Source of the DNA: Eledone cirrhosa
Taxonomy: Eukaryota
Reading direction: 5' to 3'
DNA length: 64,000 nucleotides
Assembly: GCA_964016885.1 (NCBI GenBank)
Contig: OZ024740.1
Span: forward strand, 14,446,001-14,510,000
In this document: positions 47,801 through 63,400 of the stretch, in pieces
Numbering within the stretch: the first letter of the stretch is position 1
Layout: every line of letters starts with the position of its first letter
The notes under the pieces: generated by a model
What the model saw: only the letters and a program-made list of their open reading frames with translations
Told to the model about the DNA's origin: nothing
The model's database searches: none
Translations under genes and position numbers: made by a program

Positions 47801-50800
47801 CATACAACACACAAGCAAGTAATACATACATCTAGGGCCACATACAACACACAAGCAAGTAATACATACATCTAGGGCCACATACAACACACAAGCAGGT
47901 AATACACACATCTAGGACCACATACAACACACAAGCAGGTAATACACACATCTAGGGCCACATACAACACACAAGCAGGTAATACACACATCTAGGGCCA
48001 CATACAACACACGAGCAGGTAGTACATACATCTAGGGCCACATACAACACACAAGCAGGTAATACAGACATCTAGGGCCACATACTACACACAAGCAGGT
48101 AATACATACATCTAGGCCACATACAACACACAAGCAGGTAATACATACATCTAGGGCCACATACAACACACAAGCAAGTAATACATACATCTATGGCCAC
48201 ATACAACACACAAGCAGGTAATACATACATCTAGGGCCACATACAACACAAAAGCAGGTAGTACATACATCTAGGGCCACATACAACACACACGCAGGTA
48301 ATACATACATCTAGGGCCACATACAACACACAAGCAGGTAATACATATATCTAGGGCCACATACAACACACAAGCAAGTAATACATACATCTAGGGCCAC
48401 ATACAACACACAAGCAGGTAATACACACATCTAGGGCCACATACAACACACACGCAGGTAATACAGACATCTAGCACCACATACAACACACAAGCAGGTA
48501 ATACATACATCTAGGGCCACATACAACACACAAGCAGGTAATACACACATCTAGGGCCACATACAACACACACGCAGGTAATACACACATCTAGCACCAC
48601 ATACAACACACAAACATGTAATACATACATCTAGGGCCACATACAACACACAAGCAGGTAATACACACATCTAGGGCCACATACAACACACACGCAGGTA
48701 ATACAGACATCTAGCACCACATACAACACACAAGCAGGTAATACATACATCTAGGGCCACATACAACACACAAGCAGGTAATACACACATCTAGCACCAC
48801 ATACAACACACAAGCAGGTAATACATACATCTAGGACCACATACAACACACAAGCAGGTAATACATACATCTAGGGCCACATACAACACACAAGCAGGTA
48901 GTACACACATCTAGGGCCACATACAACACACAAGCAGGTAATACATACATCTAGGGCCACATACAACACACAAGCAGGTAGTACACACATCTAGGGCCAC
49001 ATACAACACACAAGCAAGTAATACATACATCTAGGGCCACATACAACACACAAGCAGGTAATACACACATCTAGCACCACATACAACACACAAACAGGTA
49101 GTACATGCATCTAGGGCCACATACAACACACAAGCAGGTAATACACACATCTAGGGCCACATACAACACACAAGCAGGTAGTACACACATCTAGGGCCAC
49201 ATACAACACACAAGCAGGTAGTACACACATCTAGGGCCACATACAACACACAAGCAGGTAGTACATACAGCTAGGACCACATACAACACACAAGCAGGTA
49301 GTACACACATCTAGGGCCACATACAACACACAAGCAGGTAGTACATACATCTAGGGCCACATACAACACACAAGCAAGTAATACATACATCTAGGGCCAC
49401 ATACAACACACACGCAGGTAATACAGACATCTAGCACCACATACAACACACAAGCAGGTAATACATACATCTAGGGCCACATACAACACACAAGCAGGTA
49501 ATACACACATCTAGCACCACATACAACACACAAACAGGTAGTACATACATCTAGGGCCACATACAACACACAAGCAGTTAATACATACATCTAGGGCCAC
49601 ATACAACACACAAACAGGTAGTACATACATCTAGGACCACATACAACACACAAGCAGGTAGTACACACATCTAGGGCCACATACAACACACAAGCAGGTA
49701 GTACACACATCTAGGGCCACATACAACACACAAGAAGGTAGTACATACATCTAGGGCCACATACAACACACAAGCAGGTAATACATACATCTAGGGCCAC
49801 ATGCAACACAGAAGCAGGTAATACACAGATCTAGGGCCATATACAACACACACGCAGGTAATAAAGACATCTAGCACCACATACAACACACACGCAGGTA
49901 ATACACACATCTAGGGCCACATACAACACACAAGCAGGTAATACACACATCTAGGGCCACATACAACACACAAGCAGGTAATACATACATCTAGGGCCAC
50001 ATACAACACACACGCAGATAATACACATATTCTAGGGCCACATACAACACACAAGCAGGTAATACATACATCTAGGGCCACATACAACACACAAGCAGGT
50101 AATACACACATCTAGGGCCACATACAACACACAAGCAGGTAATAGAAAACATCTAGGGCCACATTCAACACACAAGCAGGTAATACATACATCTAGGGCC
50201 ACATACAACAAACATGCAGGTAATACACACATCTAGGGCCACATATAACACACACGCAGGTAATACAGACATCTAGCACCACATACAACACACAAGCAGG
50301 TAGTACACGCATCTAGGACCACATACAACACACAAGCAGGTAATACAGACATCTAGGGCCACATACTACACACAAGCAGGTAATACATACATCTAGGCCA
50401 CATACAACACACAAGCAGGTAATACATAAATCTAGGGCCACATACAACACACAAGCAAGTAATACATACATCTAGGGCCACATACAACACACAAGCAGGT
50501 AATACATACATCTATGGCCACATACAACACACAATCAGGTAATACATACATCTAGGGCCACATACAACACAAAAGCAGGTAGTACATACATCTGGGGCCA
50601 CATACAACACACAAGCAGGTAATACAGACATCTAGGGCCACATACAACACACAAGTAGGTAATACATACATCTAGGGCCACATACAACACACAAGCAAGT
50701 AATACATACATCTAGGGCCACATACAACACACAAGCAGGTAATACACACATCTAGGGCCACATACAACACACACGCAGGTAATTCAGACATCTAGCACCA

Positions 50801-52829
50801 CATACAACACACAAGCAGGTAATACATACATCTAGGGCCACATACAACACACAAGCAGGTAATACACACATCTAGGGCCACATACAACACACACGCAGGT
50901 AATACACACATCTAGCACCACATACAACACACAAACAGGTAGTACATACATCTAGGACCACATACAACACACAAGCAGGTAATACACACATCTAGGGCCA
51001 CATACAACACACACGCAGGTAATACAGACATCTAGCACCACATACAACACACAAGCAGGTAATACATGCATCTAGGGCCACATACAACACACAAGCAGGT
51101 AATACACACATCTAGCACCACATACAACACAGAAACAGGTATTACATACATCTAGGGCCACATACAACACACAAGCAGGTAATACAGACATCTAGGGCCA
51201 CATACAACACACAAGCAGGTAGTACACACATTTAGGGCCACATACAACACACAAGCAGGTAGTACACACATCTAGGGCCACATACAACACACAAGCAGTT
51301 AGTACACACATCTAGGGCCACATACAACACACAAGCAGGTAGTACATACATCTAGGGCCACATACAACACTCAAGCAGGTAGTACACACATCTAGGGCCA
51401 CATACAACACACAAGCAGGTAGTACATACATCTAGGACCACATACAACACACAAGCAGGTAGTACACACATCTAGGGCCACATACAACACACAAGCAGGT
51501 AGTACATACATCTAAGGCCACATACAACACACAAGCAAGTAATACATACATCTAGGGCCACATACAACACACACGCAGGTAATACAGACATCTAGCACCA
51601 CATACAACACACAAGCAGGTAATACATACATCTAGGGCCACATACAACACACAAGCAGGTAATACACACATCTAGCACCACCTACAACACACAAACAGGT
51701 AGTACATACATCTAGGGCCACATACAACACACAAGCAGGTAATACATACATCTAGGGCCACATACAACACACAAGCAGGTAATACAGACATCTAGGGCCA
51801 CATACAACACACAAGCAGGTAATACATACATCTAGGGCCACATACAACACACAAGCAAGTAATACATACATCTAGGGCCCCATACAACACACAAGCAGGT
51901 AATACACACATCTAGGGCCACATACAACACACACGCAGGTAATACAGACATCTAGCACCACATACAACACACAAGCAGGTAATACATACATCTAGGGCCA
52001 CATACAACACACAAACAGGTAATACACACATCTAGGGCCACATACAACACACACGCAGGTAATACACACATCTAGCACCACATACAACACACAAACAGGT
52101 AGTACATACATCTAGGGCCACATACAACACACAAGCAGGTAATACACACATCTAGGGCCACATACAACACACACGCAGGTAATACAGACATCTAGCACCA
52201 CATACAACACACAAGCAGGTAATACACACATCTAGCACCACATACAACACACAAACAGGTAGTACATACATCTAGGGCCACATACAACACACAAGCAGGT
52301 AATACATACATCTAGGGCCACATACAACACACAAGCAGGTAATACACACATCTAGGGCCACATACAACACACAAGCAGGTAATACATACATCTAGGGCCA
52401 CATACAACACACAAGCAGGTAATACACACATCTAGGGCCACATACAACACACACGCAGGTAATACACACATCTAGCACCACATACAACACATAAACAGGT
52501 AGTACAATCATCTAGGGCCACATACAACACACAAGCAGATAATACACACATCTAGGGCCACATACAACACACACGCAGGTAATACAGACATCTAGCACCA
52601 CATACAACACACAAGCAGGTAATACATACATCTAGGGCCACATACAACACACAAGCAGGTAATACACACATCTAGCACCACATACAACACACAAAGAGGT
52701 AGTACATACATCTAGGGCCACATACAACACACAAGCAGGTAATACATACATCTAGGGCCACATACAACACACAAGCAGGTAGTACACACATCTAGGGCCA
52801 CATGCAACACAGAAGCAGGTAGTACACAC

Positions 52830-55800
52830 ATCTAGGGCCACATACAACACACAAGCAGGTAGTACATACATCTAGGACCACATACAACACACAAGCAGGT
52901 AGTACACACATCTAGGGCCACATACAACACACAAGCAGGTAGTACATACATCTAGGGCCACATACAATACACAAGCAAGCAATACATACATCTAGGACCA
53001 CATACAACACACAAGCAGGTAATTCATACATCTAGGGCCACATACAACACACAAAGAGGTAGTACATACATCTAGGACCACATACAACACACAAGCAGGT
53101 AGTACACACATCTAGGGCCACATACAACACACAAGCAGGTAGTACACACATCTAGGGCCACATACAACACACAAGAAGTTAGTACATACATCTAGGGCCA
53201 CATACAACACACAAGCAAGTAATACATACATCTAGCACCACATACAACACACAAGCAGGTAATACATACATCTAGGGCCACATACAACACACAAGCAGGT
53301 AATACACAGATCTATGGCCATATACAACACACACGCAGGTAATAAAGACATCTAGCACCACATACAACACATAAGCAGGTAATACACACATCTAGGGCCC
53401 CATACAACACACAAGCAGGTAATACACACATCTAGGGCCACATACAACACACAAGCAGGTAATACATACATCTAGGGCCACATACAACACACACGCAGGT
53501 AATACACACATCTAGGGCCACATACAACACACAAGCAGGTAATACATACATCTAGGGCCACATACAACACACAAGCAGGTAATACACACATCTAGGGCCA
53601 CATACAACACACAAGCAGGTAATAGACACATCTAGGGCCACATTCAACACACAAGCAGGTAATACATACATCTAGGGCCACATACAACAAACACGCAGGT
53701 AATACACACATCTAGGGCCACATACAACACACACGCAGGTAATACAGACATCTAGCACCACATACAACACACAAGCAGGTAGTACACGCATCTAGGACCA
53801 CATACAACACACACGCAGGTAATACACACATCTAGGGCCACATAAAACACACAAGCAGGTAATACACACATCTAGGGCCACATACATCACACAAGCAGGT
53901 AATACACACATCTAGGGCCACATACAACACACAAGCAGGTAATACACACATCTAGGGCCACATACAACACACACACAGCTAATACATACATCTAGGACCA
54001 CATACAACACACAAGCAGGTAATACATACATCTAGGGCCACATACAACACACAAGCAGGTAATACATACATCTCTGACCACATACAACACACAAGCAGGT
54101 AATACATACATCTAGGGCCACATACAACACACAAGCAGGTAATACATACATGTAGGACCACATACAACACAGAAGCAGGTAATACATACATCTAGGGCCA
54201 CATACAACACACAAGCAGGTAATACATACATCTAGGACCACATACAACACACAAGCAGGTAGTACACACATCTAGGGCCACATACAACACACAAGCAGGT
54301 AATACATACATCTAGGACCACATACAACACACAAGCAGGTGATACATACATCTAGCGCCACATACAACACACAAGCAGGTAATACACACATCTAGGGCCA
54401 CATACAACACACAAGCAGGTAATACATACATCTAGGGCCACGTACAACACACAAGCAGGTAATACATACATCTAGGGCCACATACAACACACAAGCAGGT
54501 AATACATACATCTAGGGCCACATACAACACACAAGCAGGTAATACACACATCTAGGACCACATACAACACACAAGCAGGTAATACACACATCTAGGGCCA
54601 CATACAACACACAAGCAGGTAATACATACATCTAGGGCCACATACAACACACCAGCAATTAATACACACATCTAGGGCCACATACAACACACAAGCAGGT
54701 GATACATACATCTAGCGCCACATACAACACACAAGTCAGGTAATACACACATCTAGAGCCACATACAACACACAAGCAGGTAATACATACATCTAGGACG
54801 ACATACAACACACAAGCAGGTAATACACACATCTAGGGCCACATACAACACACAAGCAGGTAATACATACATCTAGGACCACATACAACACACAAGCAAG
54901 TAGTACATACAACTAGGGCCACATAGAACACACAAGCAGGTAATACATACATCTAGGACCACATACAACACACAAGCAGGTAATACATACATCTAGGGCC
55001 ACATACAACGCACAAGCAGGTAATACATACATCTAGGGCCACATACAACACACAAGCAGGTAATACACACATCTAGGTACACATACAACATACAAGCAGG
55101 TGATACATACATCTAGGACCACATACAACACACGCACAGGTAATACACACATCTAGGGCCACATACAACACACACGCAGGTAGTACATACATCTAGGGCC
55201 ACATACAACACACACGCAGGTAGTACATACATCTAGGGCCACATACAACACACAAGCAGGTAGTACATACATCTAGGACCACATACAACACACAAGCAGG
55301 TAGTACACACATCTAGGGCCACATACAACACACAAGCAGGTAGTACATACATCTAGGGCCACATACAATACACAAGCAAGCAATACATACATCTAGGACC
55401 ACATACAACACACAAGCAGGTAATTCATACATCTAGGGCCACATACAACACACAAACAGGTAGTACATACATCTAGGACCACATACAACACACAAGCAGG
55501 TAGTACACACATCTAGGGCCACATACAACACACAAGCAGGTAGTACACACATCTAGGGCCACATACAACACACAAGAAGTTAGTACATACATCTAGGGCC
55601 ACATACAACACACAAGCAAGTAATACATACATCTAGCACCACATACAACACACAAGCAGGTAATACATACATCTAGGGCCACATACAACACACAAGCAGG
55701 TAATACACAGATCTATGGCCATATACAACACACACGCAGGTAATAAAGACATCTAGCACCACATACAACACACAAGCAGGTAATACACACATCTAGGGCC

Positions 55801-57435
55801 ACATACAACACACAAGCAGGTAATACACACATCTAGGGCCACATACAACACACAAGCAGGTAATACATACATCTAGGGCCACATACAACACACACGCAGG
55901 TAATACACACATCTAGGGCCACATACAACACACAAGCAGGTAATACATACATCTAGGGCCACATACAACACACAAGCAGGTAATACACACATCTAGGGCC
56001 ACATACAACACACAAGCAGGTAGTACATACATCTAGGGCCACATTCAACACACAAGCAGGTAATACATACATCTAGGGCCACATACAACAAACACGCAGG
56101 TAATACACACATCTAGGGCCACATACAACACACACGCAGGTAATACAGACATCTAGCACCACATACAACACACAAGCAGGTAGTACACGCATCTAGGACC
56201 ACATACAACACACACGCAGGTAATACACACATCTAGGGCCACATAAAACACACAAGCAGGTAATACACACATCTAGGGCCACATACATCACACAAGCAGG
56301 TAATACACACATCTAGGGCCACATACAACACACAAGCAGGTAATACACACATCTAGGGCCACATACAACACACACACAGCTAATACATACATCTAGGACC
56401 ACATACAACACACAAGCAGGTAATACATACATCTAGGGCCACATACAACACACAAGCAGGTAATACATACATCTAGGACCACATACAACACACAAGCAGG
56501 TAATACATACATCTAGGGCCACATACAACACACAAGCAGGTAATACATACATCTAGGACCACATACAACACAGAAGCAGGTAATACATACATCTAGGGCC
56601 ACATACAACACACAAGCAGGTAATACATACATCTAGGACCACATACAACACACAAGCAGGTAGTACACACACCTAGGGCCACATACAACACACAAGCAGG
56701 TAATACATACATCTAGGACCACATACAACACACAAGCAGGTGATACATACATCTAGCGCCACATACAACACACAAGCAGGTAATACACACATCTAGGGCC
56801 ACATACAACACACAAGCAGGTAATACATACATCTAGGGCCACGTACAACACACAAGCAGGTAATACATACATCTAGGGCCACATACAACACACAAGCAGG
56901 TAATACATACATCTAGGGCCACATACAACACACAAGCAGGTAATACACACATCTAGGACCACATACAACACACAAGCAGGTAATACACACATCTAGGGCC
57001 ACATACAACACACAAGCAGGTAATACATACATCTAGGGCCACATACAACACACCAGCAATTAATACACACATCTAGGGCCACATACAACACACAAGCAGG
57101 TGATACATACATCTAGCGCCACATACAACACACAAGTCAGGTAATACACACATCTAGAGCCACATACAACACACAAGCAGGTAATACATACATCTAGGAC
57201 GACATACAACACACAAGCAGGTAATACACACATCTAGGGCCACATACAACACACAAGCAGGTAATACATACATCTAGGACCACATACAACACACAAGCAA
57301 GTAGTACATACAACTAGGGCCACATAGAACACACAAGCAGGTAATACATACATCTAGGACCACATACAACACACAAGCAGGTAATACATACATCTAGGGC
57401 CACATACAACGCACAAGCAGGTAATACATACATCT
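52830..57435 (+). repeat. Near-tandem duplication, period 2401 bp (60 monomers, one of them 41 bp): ~52830-55034 and ~55231-57435
   Basis: AAGTCAGG insertion at ~54733/57134, ACACACAGCT at 53971/56372. The CGTACAAC, CCAGCAATT and CTAGAGCC variants share the +2401 offset. Several private substitutions distinguish the copies. Confidence 0.9.
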
Positions 57436-60400
57436 AGGACGACATACAACACACAAGCAGGTAATACAAACATATAGGGCCACATACAACACACACGCAG
57501 GTAATACATACATCTAGGGCCACATACAACACACAAGCAGATAATACATACATCTAGGACCACATACAACACACAAGCAGGTAATACATACATCTAGGAC
57601 AACATACAACACACAAGCAGGTAATACATACATCTAGGGCCACATACAACACACAAGCAGGTAATACACACATCTAGGGCCACATACAACACACAAGCAG
57701 GTAATACATACATATAGGGCCACATACAACACACAAGCAGGTAATACATACATCTAGGACCACATACAACACACAAGCAGGTAATACACACATCTAGGGC
57801 CACATACAACACACACGCAGGTGATACATACATCTAGGACCACATACAACACACAAGCAGGTAATACACACATCTAGGGCCACATACAACACATAAGCAG
57901 GTAATACACACATCTAGGGCCACATACAACACACAAGCAGGTAATACATACATCTAGGGCCACATACAACACACAAGCAGGTAGTACACACATCTAGGGC
58001 AACATACAACACACAAGCAGGTAGTACACACATCTAGGGCCACATACAACACACGCACAGGTAATACACACATCTAGGGCCACATACAACACACACGCAG
58101 GTAGTACATACATCTAGGGCCACATACAACACACACGCAGGTAGTACATACATCTAGGGCCACATACAACACACAAGCAGGTAATACACACATCTAGGAC
58201 CACATACAACACACAAGCAGGTAATACACACATCTAGGGCCACATACAACACACACGCAGGTAATACACACATCTAGGACCACATACAACACACTAGTAG
58301 GTAATACATACATCTAGGGCCACATACAACACACAAGCAGGTAATACACACATCTAGGGCCACATACAACACACACGCAGGTAGTACATACATCTAGGGC
58401 CACATACAACACACACGCAGGTAGTACATACATCTAGGGCCACATACAACACACAAGCAGGTAATACACACATCTAGGACCACATACAACACACAAGCAG
58501 GTAATACACACATCTAGGGCCACATACAACACACACGCAGGTAATACACACATCTAGGACCACATACAACACACTAGCAGGTAATACATACATCTAGGGC
58601 CACATACAACACACAAGCAGGTAATACATACATCTAGGGCCACATACAACACACAAGCAGGTAATACATACATCTAGTACCACATACAACACACAAGCAG
58701 GTAATACATACATCTAGGGCCACATACAACACACAAGCAGGTAATACATACATCTAGGACCACATACAACACACAAGCAGGTAATACATACATCTAGGGC
58801 CACATACAACACACAAGCAGGTAATACATACATCTAGGACCACATACAACACACAAGCAGGTAGTACACACATCTAGGGCCACATACAACACACAAGCAG
58901 GTAATACATACATCTAGGACAACATACAACACACAAGCAGGTAATACATACATCTAGGGCCACATACAACACACAAGCAGGTAATACATACATCTAGGAC
59001 CACATACAACACACAAGCAGGTAATACATACATCTAGGACCACATACAACACACCAGCAGGTAATACACACATCTAGGGCCACATACAACACACAAGCAG
59101 GTGATACATACATCTAGCGCCACATACAACACACAAGCAGGTAATACACACATCTAGGGCCACATACAACACACAAGCAGGTAATACACACATCTAGGGC
59201 CACATACAACACACAAGCAGGTAATATATACATCTAGGACCACATACAACACACAAGCAGGTAGTACATACATCTAGGGCCACATACAACACACACGCAG
59301 GTGATACATACATCTAGGGCCACATACAACACACAAGCAGGTAATACACACATCTAGGACCACATACAACACACAAGCAGGTAATACACACATCTAGGGC
59401 CACATACAACACACAAGCAGGTAATACATACATCTAGGGCCACATACAACACACCAGCAATTAATACACACATCTAGGGCCACATACAACACACAAGCAG
59501 CTGATACATACATCTAGCGCCACATACAACACACAAGCAGGTAATACACACATCTAGGGCCACATACAACACACAAGCAGGTAATACATACATCTAGGAC
59601 GACATACAACACACAAGCAGGTAATACACACATTAGGGCCACATACAACACACAAGCAGGTAATACATACATCTAGGACCACATACAACACACAAACAAG
59701 TAGTACATACAACTAGGGCCACATAGAACACACAAGCAGGTAATACATACATCTAGGACCACATACAACACACAAGCAGGTAATACATACATCTAGGGCC
59801 ACATACAACACACAAGCAGGTAATACATACATCTAGGACGACATACAACACACAAGCAGGTAATACTTACATCTAGGGCCACATACAACACACAAGCAGG
59901 TAATACACACATCTAGGACCACATACAACACACAAGCAGGTAATACATACATCTAGGACCACATACAACACACAAGCAGGTAATACATACATATAGGGCC
60001 ACATACAACACACACGCAGGTAATACACACATCTAGGGCCACATACAACACACAAGCAGGTAATACATACATCTAGGACGACATACAACACACAAGCAGG
60101 TAATACACACATCTAGGGCCACATACAACACACAAGCAGGTAATACATACATCTAGGACCACATACAACACACAAGCAAGTAGTACATACAACTAGGGCC
60201 ACATAGAACACACAAGCAGGTAATACATACATCTAGGACCACATACAACACACAAGCAGGTAATACATACATCTAGGGCCACATACAACGCACAAGCAGG
60301 TAATACATACATCTAGGACGACATACAACACACAAGCAGGTAATACAAACATATAGGGCCACATACAACACACACGCAGGTAATACATACATCTAGGGCC

Positions 60401-63400
60401 ACATACAACACACAAGCAGATAATACATACATCTAGGACCACATACAACACACAAGCAGGTAATACATACATCTAGGACAACATACAACACACAAGCAGG
60501 TAATACATACATCTAGGGCCACATACAACACACAAGCAGGTAATACACACATCTAGGGCCACATACAACACACAAGCAGGTAATACATACATATAGGGCC
60601 ACATACAACACACAAGCAGGTAATACATACATCTAGGACCACATACAACACACAAGCAGGTAATACACACATCTAGGGCCACATACAACACACACGCAGG
60701 TGATACATACATCTAGGACCACATACAACACACAAGCAGGTAATACACACATCTAGGGCCACATACAACACATAAGCAGGTAATACACACATCTAGGGCC
60801 ACATACAACACACAAGCAGGTAATACATACATCTAGGGCCACATACAACACACAAGCAGGTAGTACACACATCTAGGGCAACATACAACACACAAGCAGG
60901 TAGTACACACATCTAGGGCCACATACAACACACGCACAGGTAATACACACATCTAGTGCCACATACAACACACACGCAGGTAGTACATACATCTAGGGCC
61001 ACATACAACACACACGCAGGTAGTACATACATCTAGGGCCACATACAACACACAAGCAGATAATACACACATCTAGGACCAAATACAACACACAAGCAGG
61101 TAATACACACATCTAGGGCCACATACAACACACACGCAGGTAATACACACATCTAGGACCACATACAACACACTAGCAGGTAATACATACATCTAGGGCC
61201 ACATACAACACACAAGCAGGTAATACATACATCTAGGGCCACATACAACACACAAGCAGGTAATACATACATCTAGGACCACATACAACACACAAGCAGG
61301 TAATACATACATCTAGGGCCACATACAACACACAAGCAGGTAATACATACATCTAGGACCACATACAACACAGAAGCAGGTAATACATACATCTAGGGCC
61401 ACATACAACACACAAGCAGGTAATACATACATCTAGGACCACATACAACACACAAGCAGGTAGTACACACATCTAGGGCCACATACAACACACAAGCAGG
61501 TAATACATACATCTAGGACCACATACAACACACAAGCAGGTAATACATACATCTAGGGCCACATACAACACACAAGTAGGTAATACATACATCTAGGACC
61601 ACATACAACACACAAGCAGGTAATACATACATCTATGACCACATACAACACACCAGCAGGTAATACACACATCTAGGGCCACATACAACACACAAGCAGG
61701 TGATACATACATCTAGCGCCACATACAACACACAAGCAGATAATACATACATCTAGGACCACATACAACACACAAGCAGGTAATACATACATCTAGGACA
61801 ACATACAACACACAAGCAGGTAATACATACATCTAGGGCCACATACAACACACAAGCAGGTAATACACACATCTAGGGCCACATACAACACACAAGCAGG
61901 TAATACATACATATAGGGCCACATACAACACACAAGCAGGTAATACATACATCTAGGACCACATACAACACACAAGCAGGTAATACATACATCTAGGGCC
62001 ACATACAACACACACGCAGGTGATACATACATCTAGGACCACATACAACACACAAGCAGGTAATACACACATCTAGGGCCACATACAACACATAAGCAGG
62101 TAATACACACATCTAGGGCCACATACAACACACAAGCAGGTAATACATACATCTAGGGCCACATACAACACACAAGCAGGTAGTACACACATCTAGGGCA
62201 ACATACAACACACAAGCAGGTAGTACACACATCTAGGGCCACATACAACACACGCACAGGTAATACACACATCTAGGGCCACATACAACACACACGCAGG
62301 TAGTACATACATCTAGGGCCACATACAACACACACGCAGGTAGTACATACATCTAGGGCCACATACAACACACAAGCAGGTAATACACACATCTAGGACC
62401 ACATACAACACACAAGCAGGTAATACACACATCTAGGGCCACATACAACACACACGTAGGTAATACACACATCTAGGACCACATACAACACACTAGCAGG
62501 TAATACATACATCTAGGGCCACATACAACACACAAGCAGGTAATACACACATCTAGGGCCACATACAACACACACGCAGGTAGTACATACATCTAGGGCC
62601 ACATACAACACACACGCAGGTAGTACATACATCTAGGGCCACATACAACACACAAGCAGGTAATACACACATCTAGGACCACATACAACACACAAGCAGG
62701 TAATACACACATCTAGGGCCACATACAACACACACGCAGGTAATACACACATCTAGGACCACATACAACACACTAGCAGGTAATACATACATCTAGGGCC
62801 ACATACAACACACAAGCAGGTAATACATACATCTAGGGCCACATACAACACACAAGCAGGTAATACATACATCTAGGACCACATACAACACACAAGCAGG
62901 TAATACATACATCTAGGGCCACATACAACACACAAGCAGGTAATACATACATCTAGGACCACATACAACACAGAAGCAGGTAATACATACATCTAGGGCC
63001 ACATACAACACACAAGCAGGTAATACATACATCTAGGACCACATACAACACACAAGCAGGTAATACATACATCTAGGGCCACATACAACACACAAGCAGG
63101 TAATACATACATCTAGGACGACATACAACACACAAGCAGGTAATACATACATCTAGGGCCACATACAAAACACAAGCAGGTAATACACACATCTAGGACC
63201 ACATACAACACACAAGCAGGTAATACACACATCTAGGGCCACATACAACACACACGCAGGTAATACACACATCTACGACCACATACAACACACTAGCAGG
63301 TAATACATACATCTAGGGCCACATACAACACACAAGCAGGTAATACATACATCTAGGGCCACATACAACACACAAGCAGGTAATACATACATCTAGGACC

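Noticed and set aside
54060-54160. Unusual monomers TCTCTGACC and TGTAGGACC
   Set aside because: They are private substitutions absent from the duplicate at +2401. They explain two spurious ORFs and may be simple mutations or errors.
729-62032. All Cys/Val-rich minus-strand ORFs of 66-119 aa in the ORF track
   Set aside because: They are translations of the repeat. The minus strand has one TAG per monomer, hit every 120 bp in each frame, and an ORF appears only where a substitution or indel skips one stop. There is no unique sequence or codon-level constraint.
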